A stretch of DNA of 64,000 nucleotides, taken from assembly GCA_002633005.1 (NCBI GenBank), contig NMRA01000131.1, positions 24,029 to 88,028 on the forward strand, given 5' to 3'. The DNA is from Phoronis australis. Taxonomy: Eukaryota > Animalia > Phoronida. Shown piece by piece: positions 46,414 through 58,477 of the stretch. How positions within the stretch are numbered: position 1 is the stretch's first letter; each line of letters starts with the position of its first letter. The notes under the pieces are model-generated. The model was not told the DNA's origin. It saw only the letters and a list, made by a program, of their open reading frames with translations, and searched no databases. Both the position numbers and the translations under genes were made by a program.

Positions 46414-48291
46414 AGCTATTATTTAAAGTGAAAACTAAGGAAGCATTAAAATACTGCTATTGTACACAAAGTATACATTTTATTTACAAAAGCCACATCA
46501 TAAATGCTCATACTAAGGTAGACACAGGCATGATCTAGCTGAATGAAGAAGACTATAGTGAACTTATAGCTTGGTAGCTGTGTCTTGAGCTCCGTTAGAC
46601 CCCGAAACTTCACACAACCCGGGTAGTTTAGCTCGTCACATTCTTCGTGAAACTTATCAACACTGACCGGAAGGGTGCATGCAGAATCTTTGAAAATCAA
46701 TCGACACTCACCTTGCCCGTTGCAGCCGTTTAAGTGAAAAAAATCTGATAGACTTCATTTTAGCGTAATTCTCCGCCTTTTGTACTTAAAGAAAGTTTGT
46801 CGTCGTTTTGAAAACAATGCGCTCGTGACACGCGCAAGCGCCATTTCTTACTGAAATTTTGTGATATCTCTATGGAGATGATGACGGTTTCGTAGCAAAA
46901 TTGAGTTTGTTGGTATTTAAATACAAAAAATTGTACGAAATGAAACCAGTTCCGATTGTTATGGAACAGAAGATTGAAGAATCTGCAGTGAGAAATTGGC
47001 CCATGGGTGACGCAGTGGCGCGCCGGAGTCGACCCAAAAGAGCCCACCAAAATTTTAGCAGCAAAATAACAGTAGAACGACAATTATTCCAACAACGGTA
47101 AATATTTAAAGTTTGCTCAAAGAAAAGTTTAGTTTTTAATGACATCATTAATTTTGGCGGCGACAGGCTCCGACGGACTGACGTAACCCCCGAGGCCGTT
47201 GAGCCGACGAACTGACGTCACCAAGACCAGTACGAAACTGGCCACCTTTCTCCCGCGTCCGCGAAAAAACGGCCTGTGAGAAAAATACAGAACACTTCGA
47301 TTCTAAATAGAGGGCCGGTGCACTACTACCTGGGACCAAGGCGGTGCCGACTGAAACGGGCGCAACGAAGGTCTGTAGTGGAGACCGGGGACTGAGACGG
47401 AGTTTGCGCGAACGATTCATTTTATATTATAGATAACAGCGAGAGCCGAGCTCCCAAAAGTAGTGTTTGTGAATGACTTAATTGTTGCACCAACAACACA
47501 GCAGACAATACGTTTGTTATTTGCTATTTCGGTATAGTTCAGTGCCAGCATAATACGCTCAGTGCAGGCTTTTCGAAATGAAAGTGATCCTTGAATACAT
47601 AGGCGGATTTAGGGGGGGGGGGGGAGTGGGAACACCCCCCCCCCCTTTGCTGCCGCAAAAAAATAAAACAGCAAGAGCGTAGGGAAATGTTGAGTTTATT
47701 AATTAATCCCGGTAATTAAAGTTATACGGATGGAACAAGATTTAAATGTCTGCAGTTTTAGTGTTTGGGGGGGGGGGCTCAGATCCAATTTCAAGTGTCA
47801 ACGGCGCATTCGTAAGGGAACTAATCTATGGCTAAGTATAAGCTCTCCCGTGATATCCCAGACGACCGGCAGTGGCGCTGCGCACTACGACTCCGTTTCC
47901 GTCGTCTGCTCCACTGTGCAATGAAGAAAATTTACTTCATTTTTTAAAGAAAATGGAACCTGAGTGACGATCATGAAAAATCAGAAACTGCTGGTAAGAT
48001 GTGAATTTTAATCGAAGCCTTGGTGAATCACTCAGTAACTCATAATTCTCTCTTTGTCAAACCTTAACTTAAGACGATTTCCAAAGCAATCCCGTCATTA
48101 TTGCCAACACGAAAAACGGATTTGGTCTTTTGGGCATTTGAAGACTATTTTAAATACAACAAATTTGTTAAGAACCGATTGCACAAAATATAAAACGTGT
48201 AATAAGCATTACAAAAAGAAGTAGGTTTCGCGCGCAAACGCTGTGGACCACAAACAAGTAGGTCTCTTAGAACAAGATTAATAGTTAAATC

Positions 48292-48345
48292 GTGGTGTAG
48301 TGGTAAAGCACGCGCGTTCTATCCGCGAGGTCGTGATTTCGAGTC
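48292..48345 (+). other. Degenerate tRNA-like A/B-box cassette
   Basis: gTGGTGTAGTGGtaaag is identical to the cassette at 22857, and gaggtcgtgaTTTCGAGTC resembles a B box. Confidence 0.4.
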
Positions 48346-48589
48346 TGTGGTGCGTGCGGTTTTTCCTGTTTGACATGTTCTCTGGGGTTTTTTTTTGCCT
48401 TTTTTTCTTGGATAATACTTCAGAAATCGAGGAAAATGCTTGATTTTTAGAGGAAAAAACAGAAAATTTTCTCCCTTTCGGTGTTATACGCATCTACAAT
48501 CGTGGTTTGCGCAAATGCTTACAGCCGAACAAAATGTTGGCCCCCCTTGTGATATCCTAGATCCGCCACTGGAATATGCTGTACATCCA

Positions 48590-48855
48590 GCATGGGAGCA
48601 CCTGGGGGGGGGGCTCGGGGGGCTCGAATGAGCCCCCCAATATGGCGAATTGGGCAAAAAGGTACACCTCAGTGAAAAATAATTCAAGTGAACGACACAA
48701 AAGTCCACAAAGGACACAGGAAATCGGATGCACCGGCAATTCGTGGGCCTGAACCTAGTGGCCCTGTTTTTTAGTCCTCGTTGATTTTGTTCAGTAAAAA
48801 GTCCCATACCGAGAAATTCGAGCCCCCCCTATGTTTTAGGCTGGGTGCGTGCATG
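48590..48855. mobile_element. G-tract MITE (hAT-like)
   Basis: catgggagcacctgggggggggctcg...cgagccccccta...ctgggtgcgtgcatg; imperfect TIRs with ggggctcg/cgagcccc subterminal repeats. Confidence 0.45.
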
Positions 48856-49898
48856 TCTACTAGTTCACGCTTTGGTTGTAGATTGGTGTGTACACGTGTG
48901 TGTATTTTCATTCTTTTCAAATCAATACACGTATTTTCACTACGCAGTCCCCTGCTAAAAAAACAGACATTTAACTAATACTTTCTTGCAATAAGCATTT
49001 CCTGACGAGCCTTTTCACATATCAGGAAAAAGTAGGTCTAGATCTAATAAAAAATCTATGCTCAATGTATATCATTGCCAATGGTGCACAACCTCGCAGA
49101 CTTCATACGAGCACTGACCTGACCAAACGTGACGGAAGAGATTTTCAAGGTTACATGTCACTACTCCGAAGGTTCGCTGCTCCGAATATTCGCTATTCTG
49201 AAACCAGGCTCACAGCTCCAAAAGATTATTACTCTGAATGTCTGCTAATGAGGCGCAACTGACATGCATAAAATATTGTAGTTTTTAGCACGTTTTAAGT
49301 CCACGACTGCATACGCGTATACTGGTATGGTTGAGTAACGAAGTAACGTAGTTTTGCTTTCTCAAATCGATGCTGTACCGCTCTCGATGTCTTGTTTCCG
49401 GCCAGATAATAAAGTCATGATGTATTGCAATTTTTTATCGCAACAATCGCAAAGTTTGTGGTTCTCATCCATAATTTTGCAGCGAGGCGAGAAACTTTAA
49501 ATCCGTTTTCAGAAGACGATTTTGTCGCTACATTTCCGCGACGATTTTCATAATTTTTTGTCTTGCAATTGATTTGCCTCATTGGCCAAATATTTTTTTA
49601 TTCCAACGGCTATTTTATCGAGCCGACTGGAAAATCGTGCTGGTAGACGCTCGTGAAAAGTAAATGGCAAAAATTTGTTGAAATTTGTGACAAGCATTTA
49701 GAAAACAATAATAGTGATTACGCAAAAGTATTTCGTCTCATTCCCTAGGCCTTTATTAAGACAGAAATACACCGCAATCTAACTAGTAATGTTCGTCTTA
49801 ATTGCAATAGACATCAGTTCGTAACTATTCGCGTGAGTGCTACATTGTTCTTAGTCAAGACAGGAATAATACGTGTAATTACTCCCAAGGGAGTCTCG

Positions 49899-49978
49899 CT
49901 GATTGGCTGAGGGAGTACGTGATCTGATTGGCTGATGAGAGAAGGTGGACCTGTCCTCGCTTGAAAAACATATATAAT
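49899..49978 (+). promoter_or_regulatory. Putative Otp core promoter: two inverted CCAAT boxes and a TATA box
   Basis: CTGATTGGCTGA occurs twice (49899-49910 and 49924-49935). TATATAA is at 49971, about 55 bp upstream of the predicted ATG at 50027. Confidence 0.65.
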
Positions 49979-50026
49979 GAAACGAAAAATATAACACCAG
50001 TAATTATCCAGTTAGAAACAAATTCA

Positions 50027-50093
50027 ATGATGGACGAAAACTGTTCAAGACATCCCAATTCTTCTCTGGGCGTAATGATGCCGATAAACTCCG
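50027..50093 (+). CDS. otp: Otp exon 1 ([22 protein letters not shown])
   Basis: ATG lies downstream of the TATA box. The donor g|gtaagt at 50094 is phase 1 and joins in frame to exon 2. Confidence 0.75.
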
Positions 50094-53000
50094 GTAAGTA
50101 GACGTATAGCCGTCAACTAGATAATGAAATATGCCCCGCAGGTTCAAAGTTGTAAGTTTACCTAACAACCATAATCACACCACTTATTTCCTAATTCATT
50201 TTCTTAAATTAACTCTGATTGTCGAAAATTGCTGAAAATTTGTTTTGATTTGGAAGATTTAAGGCATGATCAAATTAAAGGCTCAGCTGTTTTGCGCATT
50301 AGCATACTAATAGGTTATATGTTGGATTTAGTTACCAAATAAATGTTGCTTTAATCCTGGATTAGCGTCGGATAATTTACACCCAATTTACGCCCTATTA
50401 AATGCGTTTCTTATCCTTCTACGTTTGCAGTGCAGCGTCCACAGCAAGCAAACATCAAAGAGGCTTTGCCTGTATGCCAGGGCCGGGTTGATGCCGTCCA
50501 CGCGGAGGTTCAGCGGCAAGGTGAGGACGGAGAAACTGGCCATTCCGACAGCGAGAAGCCAATCAAGCAAAAACGACACAGAACGCGCTTCACGCCGGCT
50601 CAGCTGAATGAACTGGAACGTAGTTTCTCGAAAACGCATTATCCCGACATCTTTATGAGAGAAGAGCTAGCACTCAGGATCGGGCTCACCGAATCACGCG
50701 TTCAGGTAATATTTGAAAATTATTGACAGTCTAAATGCAAAATGTTGAGAGTTCCATGTAAATTATGACAAACGAAATAGAATGTCTCTGATAAAAAAGA
50801 AAAAAAGAAAAACACTTGTCATGCAAGCTTTACAGGAATTGTCGTGCGCTTAAACCGAAATGGACGTTTGTCTCGGCCTATTTGAAGCTCAAAAAGCAAG
50901 TAAAAACCCATTGCCAACATGTCAGAAGATTATGAATCATTTAATTTTGCCAGACAATGTAACATATCAAGTCTCTTAGTTTTGAAAGACGATACAAACA
51001 ATTAAATGGTAATTTCCTATATTAATTACTGGTACATTGTGTGGTGCTCGCGTGCAGGGGAGAATAACGGCACTTGATGAATATCTTTATTTCTGTTAGA
51101 ATCCGCGTCAGGATTAGAAACATGACATTCCACATTCTCTCTGGTTCAAAGTGTCAATAATAAAACTATCAAAATGAAACCACTTAACTGTTAATTGAGA
51201 GAGGGGAAGAGATTTTTCGTGACCCGTGAAACGACAATTTTGTCTTGCGTGAACGTGAACCGTGTTTTGAAGGTTACAGTGAACGTAATTCCGCATTTTA
51301 GGCTGTTCTGAAAAAGTATTTTTTGAACAAAATTTGGAATAGGTGAGTCCGGAGAGGTGATGGGGAGATTTGGTTGTGAGCGGGGGAGCATTGGTGACTC
51401 TCGGGGGGACTTGGTGGTGACCGGTTAGAGAATTGGTGGCGATCCTACCTTCATCTCCTCTTAATTTCTTTAGACGTGAAATAGACATTGACGCATTCTA
51501 CTATATCTATCTCTTACATAGATAAACATTAACAAAGTGACACTACCGCAATGCGATTTTAAGTAGCCATTTTTACGGCTGCAGTTGTTCCGACAGCCTT
51601 ATTGAAAACGTTTAGACTGTTCTGGCCATTTTTTTGTAATCAAAGATCAGCACATTCTTTTGCTAGTAATTTAAAGTTTTCGCATAATAATTAATGTCTA
51701 GAAAATTGTTTATAACATGTAATCTCCTCCATATTTTTAAAGCGTGTCTTTTTTAAAGAAACTTTACTTCATACTTAAGAAAACTTGCCTCCGCATGTTA
51801 AGCTATTACAAATTGTCAACGCTGTGAGATGAAATTTTTCAGTTTTTCAAAAAATGTTTCCATTCGAACCAATTATAATTTTTACATACCTTTTTGTATT
51901 TCAGTATTGTTAGTCGTATTTTGCATTAGTGTGCTTTTCTTTTACTTCGATTTATGTTGAAATTGAGCAAATGAAAAAAAACGATGGATAAATAAAATGT
52001 TGGACAATATTGTATTATATTGCTTGAATACTGAGATTTTGCTATTTTGCCATATACGTCATAATTATATCTTTCCAGAATAACGAAGGTTCTTAAAATT
52101 ATTTTCAGCATTCATTTATTAAACTTCTTTATAAATTGGTAAAATGGTGTCAAATTTGTTGGATTTTACCGTATGGTCTGGAACGATCACTTAGTATGTT
52201 TGTTATAATTTTGATTTTAATTTTTCGCGATCAGTAAGGACAATAATATTTTTCGAAGTTACTTTCATTTTATCTGGAACTTCACAATCCGTTTACGAAT
52301 AAATTTCTTTTAATTAATAAACTTCGAAAATGTTTTTTACCTTTTTTCCTCCGCATTTGAAGCATTAAATTTTGTTCACCACCATGCTTGCATGAATGCC
52401 GTGTTTTTGAAATGTTTAGATCGGCGCGCGCGCTCTGCTATTGGTCTATTCCCGCAGCGCTTTCCATGAGGGCCCTTATGAAGTAGTTTAAAAATACTCT
52501 GATCTGTCCAAAATGTCAATGTTTATTATAGGTTTTCAAAAATTTCAGTTTGTATTTTAGAACGTTTTTGTATCGTTACCGACGTAACACACGAAAGCAA
52601 GTTATTTCTAGTTGCATTTTGTTAGTTTCGCAATCAAAAAGCCTGTACAGTTACACCTACAAACGTTGGTTACAACTATACAATTTTGTGTTCGCATTCA
52701 GAACATTTGCGAGTTCTCGAAAATGGTTCAAAAACTCATAGAACAAACCAGACCTTCCAAAACGCGATTACAAATGCCGTCATGACAATGCTTTACAAGC
52801 GCAATTAGCATGCTTTTGACCTGACATTAGAAGAAAGTGGAACAGTTGTTTAGCATTAAAAATTCTTTCCACTTCTTTTCAGTTAAAAATTCATAAAAAA
52901 ATAATTTGTCTTCGAACCCATCTAGCTTAAATTTATTATCAAATGATGTTCTTTGTGTACCGTAATCAAATGCTTTCAAAATAGCCAGAGTTAAATATGG

Positions 53001-56000
53001 AATTTTCAAAATAAAGTTTGAATTTCTGGTGGTGCCCCAATAACATGGTTACCATGGTTACCACTGTTAAACTGCTTTTTAATGAACTGCCAGTAAAAAC
53101 ACAAAAACCTGCAGCGCTCTAATTTACGAAATGCTCCTCTTTTAGCGATGTCTACCGATTGATGAAACTCTTTCTGTATTATGAACCGTTGAAAATAAAG
53201 AAAAACGTGTCTTTAAGTTTGGATTGTTTTTAACAAGCCTAAATGCCAGTTATGAGTATCCCACTTTCCGTTAAATTTTTTCGTGATCCCTAACACTTGA
53301 AATTTTACCGACTTTGCTAATATACATTGAGATTTGGATTTAGAATTCCTATTATTTTCCTGAATTATAACATACTACCTACATCACGTTGTATTCTCAT
53401 TGATTCATATTCACCAAGGCCTTGTGCTGTTGTACAATACCCACGTCTTCGAAGGAAAATACCGAGATTTTTAACATTAATGTTAAACTACACTTGAATA
53501 AGAACACATGCCAGTAAAATGATTTCAGGTGAATGTAAACAACTTGATGAAAAACACCTCCAGGGCCCAGTTGCATAAGTTATACGCCGTATAGCAACAA
53601 TGACGTCGCATTATCACGCGTTACGTTGTTATTGTTGAACAATGCACCTGACGTAATGCAACAATCAAACTTATCCAGCAGATAACTTTTGAAGCTTTAT
53701 GCAACTCAGCCCAGGTTATTACCCCGTGTTATAGCATTTAGTACTTGCAATAGAAATTACTACACATTTAAAATTCTAAACTGGCTTTTTAACCTTGCGG
53801 ACGCGTATGTTCGTATTTTTGTTTCGTTTTGCTGTTCTACAAAAGCATCCATAATGCTATTAAATATTTTGTTTACCATCTTTCAAAAGATCGCTCTCGT
53901 AAAAAACTGAAATGGACGACTTGATTGAATGACCTAAAGCATTTCTGTCATCAACGTTACCAGCTTCGTCGTCAACGTCGTAATCTTGCCATCAATACCA
54001 CCACTATAATCATCGTCAATTCGGCACCCTTCATCACCATCCTACATAGAAGCTTTGTCGTTTTCTCCATACATGTAACAAACCGAGCTCACGTAGTAAA
54101 TTACGACGACATTGTTGTCCTGATACAAATACACATTTTGTGACTGCTTAATTAGGACTATTGTTTAGGAGGAAATGGTGAGAGCTGCTAATGAGCGCGT
54201 GTTGAATAATTATTTTGGAAGTACTTCACATAAGGTCTGCTTTCATCGATGCTAAAGAACAATTTAATACAGATCTCAGAGTTGTTTTGTTAATAATTCA
54301 TTTATTTATAATTAATTATTGCTTACCACTGAAAGCTGTTTGGGGCCGAGAACAACAGGTCCGGGCCAATCGCACTTCCTTATAAGACTGATAAAAGGAG
54401 CTTCAGAATAATTGTGAAGTAGTAGTGTTAACCGTACCTAAATCATAATAACACTCATATTGTTTAAATAGTTTGTTTACTAAGGCTGAAGTAACTGTCT
54501 GGATGGTATTTGAGTGTTGCTGAAAATTAAGCTAGGGTGGCGACATTTGGGAAGCAAAAGTATCCACTCGATAATTAAAGATATCGTGATCCATCAACTG
54601 AGGATTTATGAGCCAATTATCAACCTATCATTAGACCGTTGTTCGCCTTTTGATTTTTGCCCACAGTGGTAATTGACGGCGACTAAACAAGATGGCTACC
54701 AACTCACTAAGGGTTAGAAATACAAGAGGGGCTATCGAGCCGACTTAATATCAAGATCTTTGCTAATCACGTGCTAAGAACAAAGAGATGCAGTGCTTAA
54801 GACATGCAAACTTGCAATTACAAAAGAATTAGCAGATTCTCTTGCTACTAATGACGGATTGAACAGGAAATTTCAAATGTTTTATTAAAAATCACCTATT
54901 AAACGCTGATGTATTGTTTTACAGGGTGAATAACAATAGACCACTTTTCTGCTTCAGATATTATTAAACTGTTTCCTGCATGTTTACGTGAGAAGTTAGG
55001 TAAAAGTCTTTTTAACCATCGGCAGCGTATAGAATGTTCTCCTCGCAGGTTTCCGGCAAACCATTCAAAACAAAGTGAGCGATTGATGAGTGCTTTTCAT
55101 CCTTCGACGTTTCTGTGGATTACAGTGCACGTTTCCGGCGTAGTTTAATTAAATGATGTATTCTAAATAGTATAATAGCATAATGACTTCCGTAATTCCT
55201 TTTATGATGAAATTCTCTTGGCTTACTTGACAAAAATAGACGACATTGTAAACACGTCATTGTGAATGAGCAGTTTGACTTGTTCTGCGGTGGTTCGGCA
55301 AACAGTTTTATTGCGAAAAAACTTTTGAAATTTGTTTGACCGGTGTATCGATCACACAGTGCGACTATTCGATTTACCTGTCCAAGTGGAATAAACTGAT
55401 CAACACTGCGATCAACGAATTCACTTCACCTTCAACCACTGAGGAACCTGGAGCGCCCTTTCAATTCCCCATTGTTCGGCTATGAATGAAATCAATTTGA
55501 GGCAAAGTGGGGTGAGCGCACTGGAAACTCAAAGAATAATTAAGCAAATAAATATTTCCAGTGAAGTGCCATTCAAGTTCTTAGCAAGGATTCACGCTCA
55601 CTGATTTGACGTTTGGCTTCTTAGTTAATTTTTAAAGGAAGCTATCGATCCGACTCCGTTTGGATATCTTAATGATACGGAATCTTATTATTTTCATGTC
55701 CGGGAAATGTCATTTTTACTTCATTCTTACAATGGTAACCCTGTGGCTGGTTGTATGAAGCTGTGCAAACAGGGACTCAACTACATACGTTCACACTTGT
55801 AGACATTGTTTACTAACTTATGGTATATTTTCCCATCCATTTATATTTATTGTGAGCTCCAATTTCACTTGTGACATATTCTCTTAAATAGCTGAAAACT
55901 GAGCCCGAAGATAGCGAATAAGCACTACGTCCTTAATTAGAGGCGCTGCATGAAATGGTTCTTGTTGATTTTCAATAGTATTAAAAATTCAATGGATAGT

Positions 56001-58477
56001 TTACTATCGGTATGCATCAAAGCTAAAACTTGACGTACAGCAATGAAAGTCAAATAGCAGAAGAAAGAACAATTAATGTTCCCAAATGCGCTAAAAATTT
56101 AGGGAACATTATTGAGTCCTTGTTGGGAATGTTCATTGCAACTGGGCACTGGTGCCCTGATTTTTACATATGGAGCTGATTAAAATTGCGCTATCAATCG
56201 ACTACAACTGAAATTAATATGTGACGAACCATCAACAATGTCATCGGCAACTGTAAAAATTGTAGGCTACCGATAAGGACTACCTGTTAAAATGAGATTT
56301 CTAAATTACTATATTCCTAAAAATTACTATTATCATGAATTATTTGTTGATGAAGTGATCAGATTCTTGTTGTCAATGTGATCAATTCATACTGCGAAAA
56401 CCACTTACTGCTGATGAGTTTTAGTTTTTTATTACGACGTGAGAGATACTTTTACTTACTTTATAATTAATTTTTCACACATTACGTAAAAAGCATAAAA
56501 CGCTATTTTTGAAGGCTATGATCTATTAAAAAGAATTAATACTCTTTTGATTCCAGGTATGGTTTCAAAATAGACGGGCTAAATGGAAGAAACGAAAGAA
56601 GTGCACAAATATGTTCCGTTCACATGGTGGGCTAATCCCATCACATGGACTAGGGGGAGCTTTCGGTGAATCTTTCTTCCCCTCACCTGATCCTTGGACA
56701 GGGCTGGGTAAGTGCCAGCAGCACGCTATGCCAAGATTATGTGACACTAGGTCCCCAGTTGACGCCTAGTCGTGGTTGCACTTCACAGCTTGCGCTCGCT
56801 TGCACGGTTCTGCCTCGGACACAGTATTTTTCGCGGAGCCGTATTCATGTGATCACCATGAATATTGCAATACGAAATTACCCATATTTAGAGTTGGCGC
56901 AAATGCATATTCTGCGAGACATGGCCAAACGAACGCTGATCCACGCACAGGCTGCGGCTTAAGCCGCGAGCGGCAAAAAATCATTCAACATGATGGAAAT
57001 CGGCCGCAGTGACACCTAGCGGGAGAGGCAGTCAGGCTAACGACCCCATACACGATGCGACGACTGCTGGTCACCGATTGCTGCGTCGTTTGCGGCTACC
57101 TTACTACAAAGTCGATTTAACCTACCCATTCTTTCTCTAAAACATATTGGTCTATTCAGTCAATGAATGCTGGTGATCCTCAAATATTACCCGCGTATTT
57201 GCTTCTCAAAAATTATTTCTAAACTTTTCAAATCAAAACTTCAATCTATGAGTGGATGACATTTCTATCAAATTACAAAGAAATGATATTGATTCGGCAC
57301 CTTTTTATTACCTGTTTAAAATTAAATTTGAAGTGTCCACAGTTTTGCTGCAAGCACTCTTGCAGGCGGCGAACAAAGTTGTTAATCACTCGACTACATC
57401 CTTGAATGTATACGTGGTTTTAGCTATCATTTTTTTAAAGTTTACAAGAAGTGGAATTCAATGTCAATCAACTGTCCAGCTCCCTCTGTTGGTGTACCAC
57501 TAGTCACCAGGAATAAAAATTCAAACCTCAAAGAACTGCATGACATTCTCCTCATTCGGGATTTTTTGATGTCGCGTAATCCAGTATCGTCATGGGGACT
57601 GAATGGTTTGCATGAAAATTAGTCATTTGAAAATTTTAACTAACATGAAACTCTGTTGTCCATGTCAATTCAATTCCTAAAAAACGACTGAAATCTGAAT
57701 TGTCTCCTAAATCTTCGTATTTATTCAAAGACACATATGTACAAAGCGAATAATGAATAAGACTAATAAATAATCCTCTTTGTTGGTTTTCTGTACATAG
57801 GTCAAATGGCGGGATGTTCTCTCGGTAACCCTCTCACGGCCGCCGCTGCCGGCTTACAGCGACAGAACTTGGGTGGTCACGGTGCCTTAGGTGGACCGAC
57901 AGCATCCACCCCTCCAGGTAGGCAGAGTTAATGAAATGAATTTTTTTAACAGAATGCCGAAACTCGTTTCACTTAAAGTATGTATTTAAAGAGCTCAGTT
58001 CTGTTAAATTTGATGTCAGTTAAAATGAATGGACTTTTAGGTAATGTAGTCCAAATCTGACTGTTGCGCACTATCTCTCAACGTTTATTGACTATGGTAT
58101 AACTGATTTTTAACATCCGGTGATTATAAATGTTATCATTGTCACAACAGTCACTTTCTATGAAGAAGTTTCATATTAATGAAACTTGTCAGAGCTGAAA
58201 TTGTTCAACACCATTCCATTCAGTTCACTGGCACTAATTAGACGAACCCATTGCAATATTCATTCTTGTTGCAGGTATGGCCAACGGCGGCGTTCCCTTC
58301 GACTCAGGAGCTTATTCGTCGTCGTCCATTATGTATCCTAGCTCTGGCATGCAAAATGTGGACACGTCAAATTTGGGAGGCCGTATGGCTGACATTAACG
58401 CTTGGCAAGGCACAAGTATAGCAACTCTCAGAAGGAAGGCGCTCGAACATTCAGTCACACTCAACACGTACCATTGA
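50027..58477 (+). CDS. otp: Homeobox protein orthopedia, 270 aa, five coding exons: 50027-50093, 50431-50705, 56557-56707, 57801-57917, 58275-58477
   Basis: The homeodomain [47 protein letters not shown]|[15 protein letters not shown] is Otp-diagnostic. It is followed by TNMFR..G.L+P.HGL and the C-terminal OAR motif [16 protein letters not shown]. All four introns are GT-AG with compatible phases (1, 0, 1, 1). Exons sum to 813 nt (270 aa plus stop). Confidence 0.95.
50431..50705 (+). CDS. otp: Otp exon 2 (homeodomain residues 1-46)
   Basis: Acceptor ttatccttctacgtttgcag; donor cag|gtaat. The intron after ...SRVQ is the typical PRD-class position. Confidence 0.95.
53564..53711. mobile_element. 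PIF/Harbinger-type MITE in Otp intron 2, TSD CAG
   Basis: cag|ggcccagttgcataa ... ttatgcaactcagcc|cag. Confidence 0.75.
56557..56707 (+). CDS. otp: Otp exon 3 ([50 protein letters not shown])
   Basis: Acceptor cttttgattccag; donor g|gtaagt. Not shown in the ORF track. Confidence 0.95.
57801..57917 (+). CDS. otp: Otp exon 4 ([39 protein letters not shown])
   Basis: GC-rich island between acceptor ttttctgtacatag and donor cag|gtaggc; 117 nt, phase 1-1, open in frame. Confidence 0.8.
58275..58477 (+). CDS. otp: Otp exon 5 with OAR motif and stop codon
   Basis: Acceptor cattcttgttgcag; encodes ...[24 protein letters not shown]. Confidence 0.93.

Larger units (their letters stand above)
41538..47433 (-). 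mobile_element. Non-autonomous Helitron, copy B, interrupted by the gypsy insertion
   Basis: The minus strand starts A|TCTATAATATAAAATGAATCG at 47433. The 3' end has the perfect 16-bp palindrome ccgtgcttaagcacgg (41546-41561) followed by gtaaCGAG, a CTAG variant. Segments 41538-41784 and 46419-47433 align to copy A. Confidence 0.75.

Noticed and set aside
47859-47910. cagacgac...gtcgtctg hairpin and recurring (g)tcgtctgct motif (also about 8158, 22577, 34035)
   Set aside because: Probably an internal motif of common repeats; too short to assign a function from sequence alone.
56565-57012. ORF-track ORFs around Otp exon 3
   Set aside because: They are in the wrong frame or strand. The real exon (56557-56707) is defined by WFQNRRAKW and splice sites.
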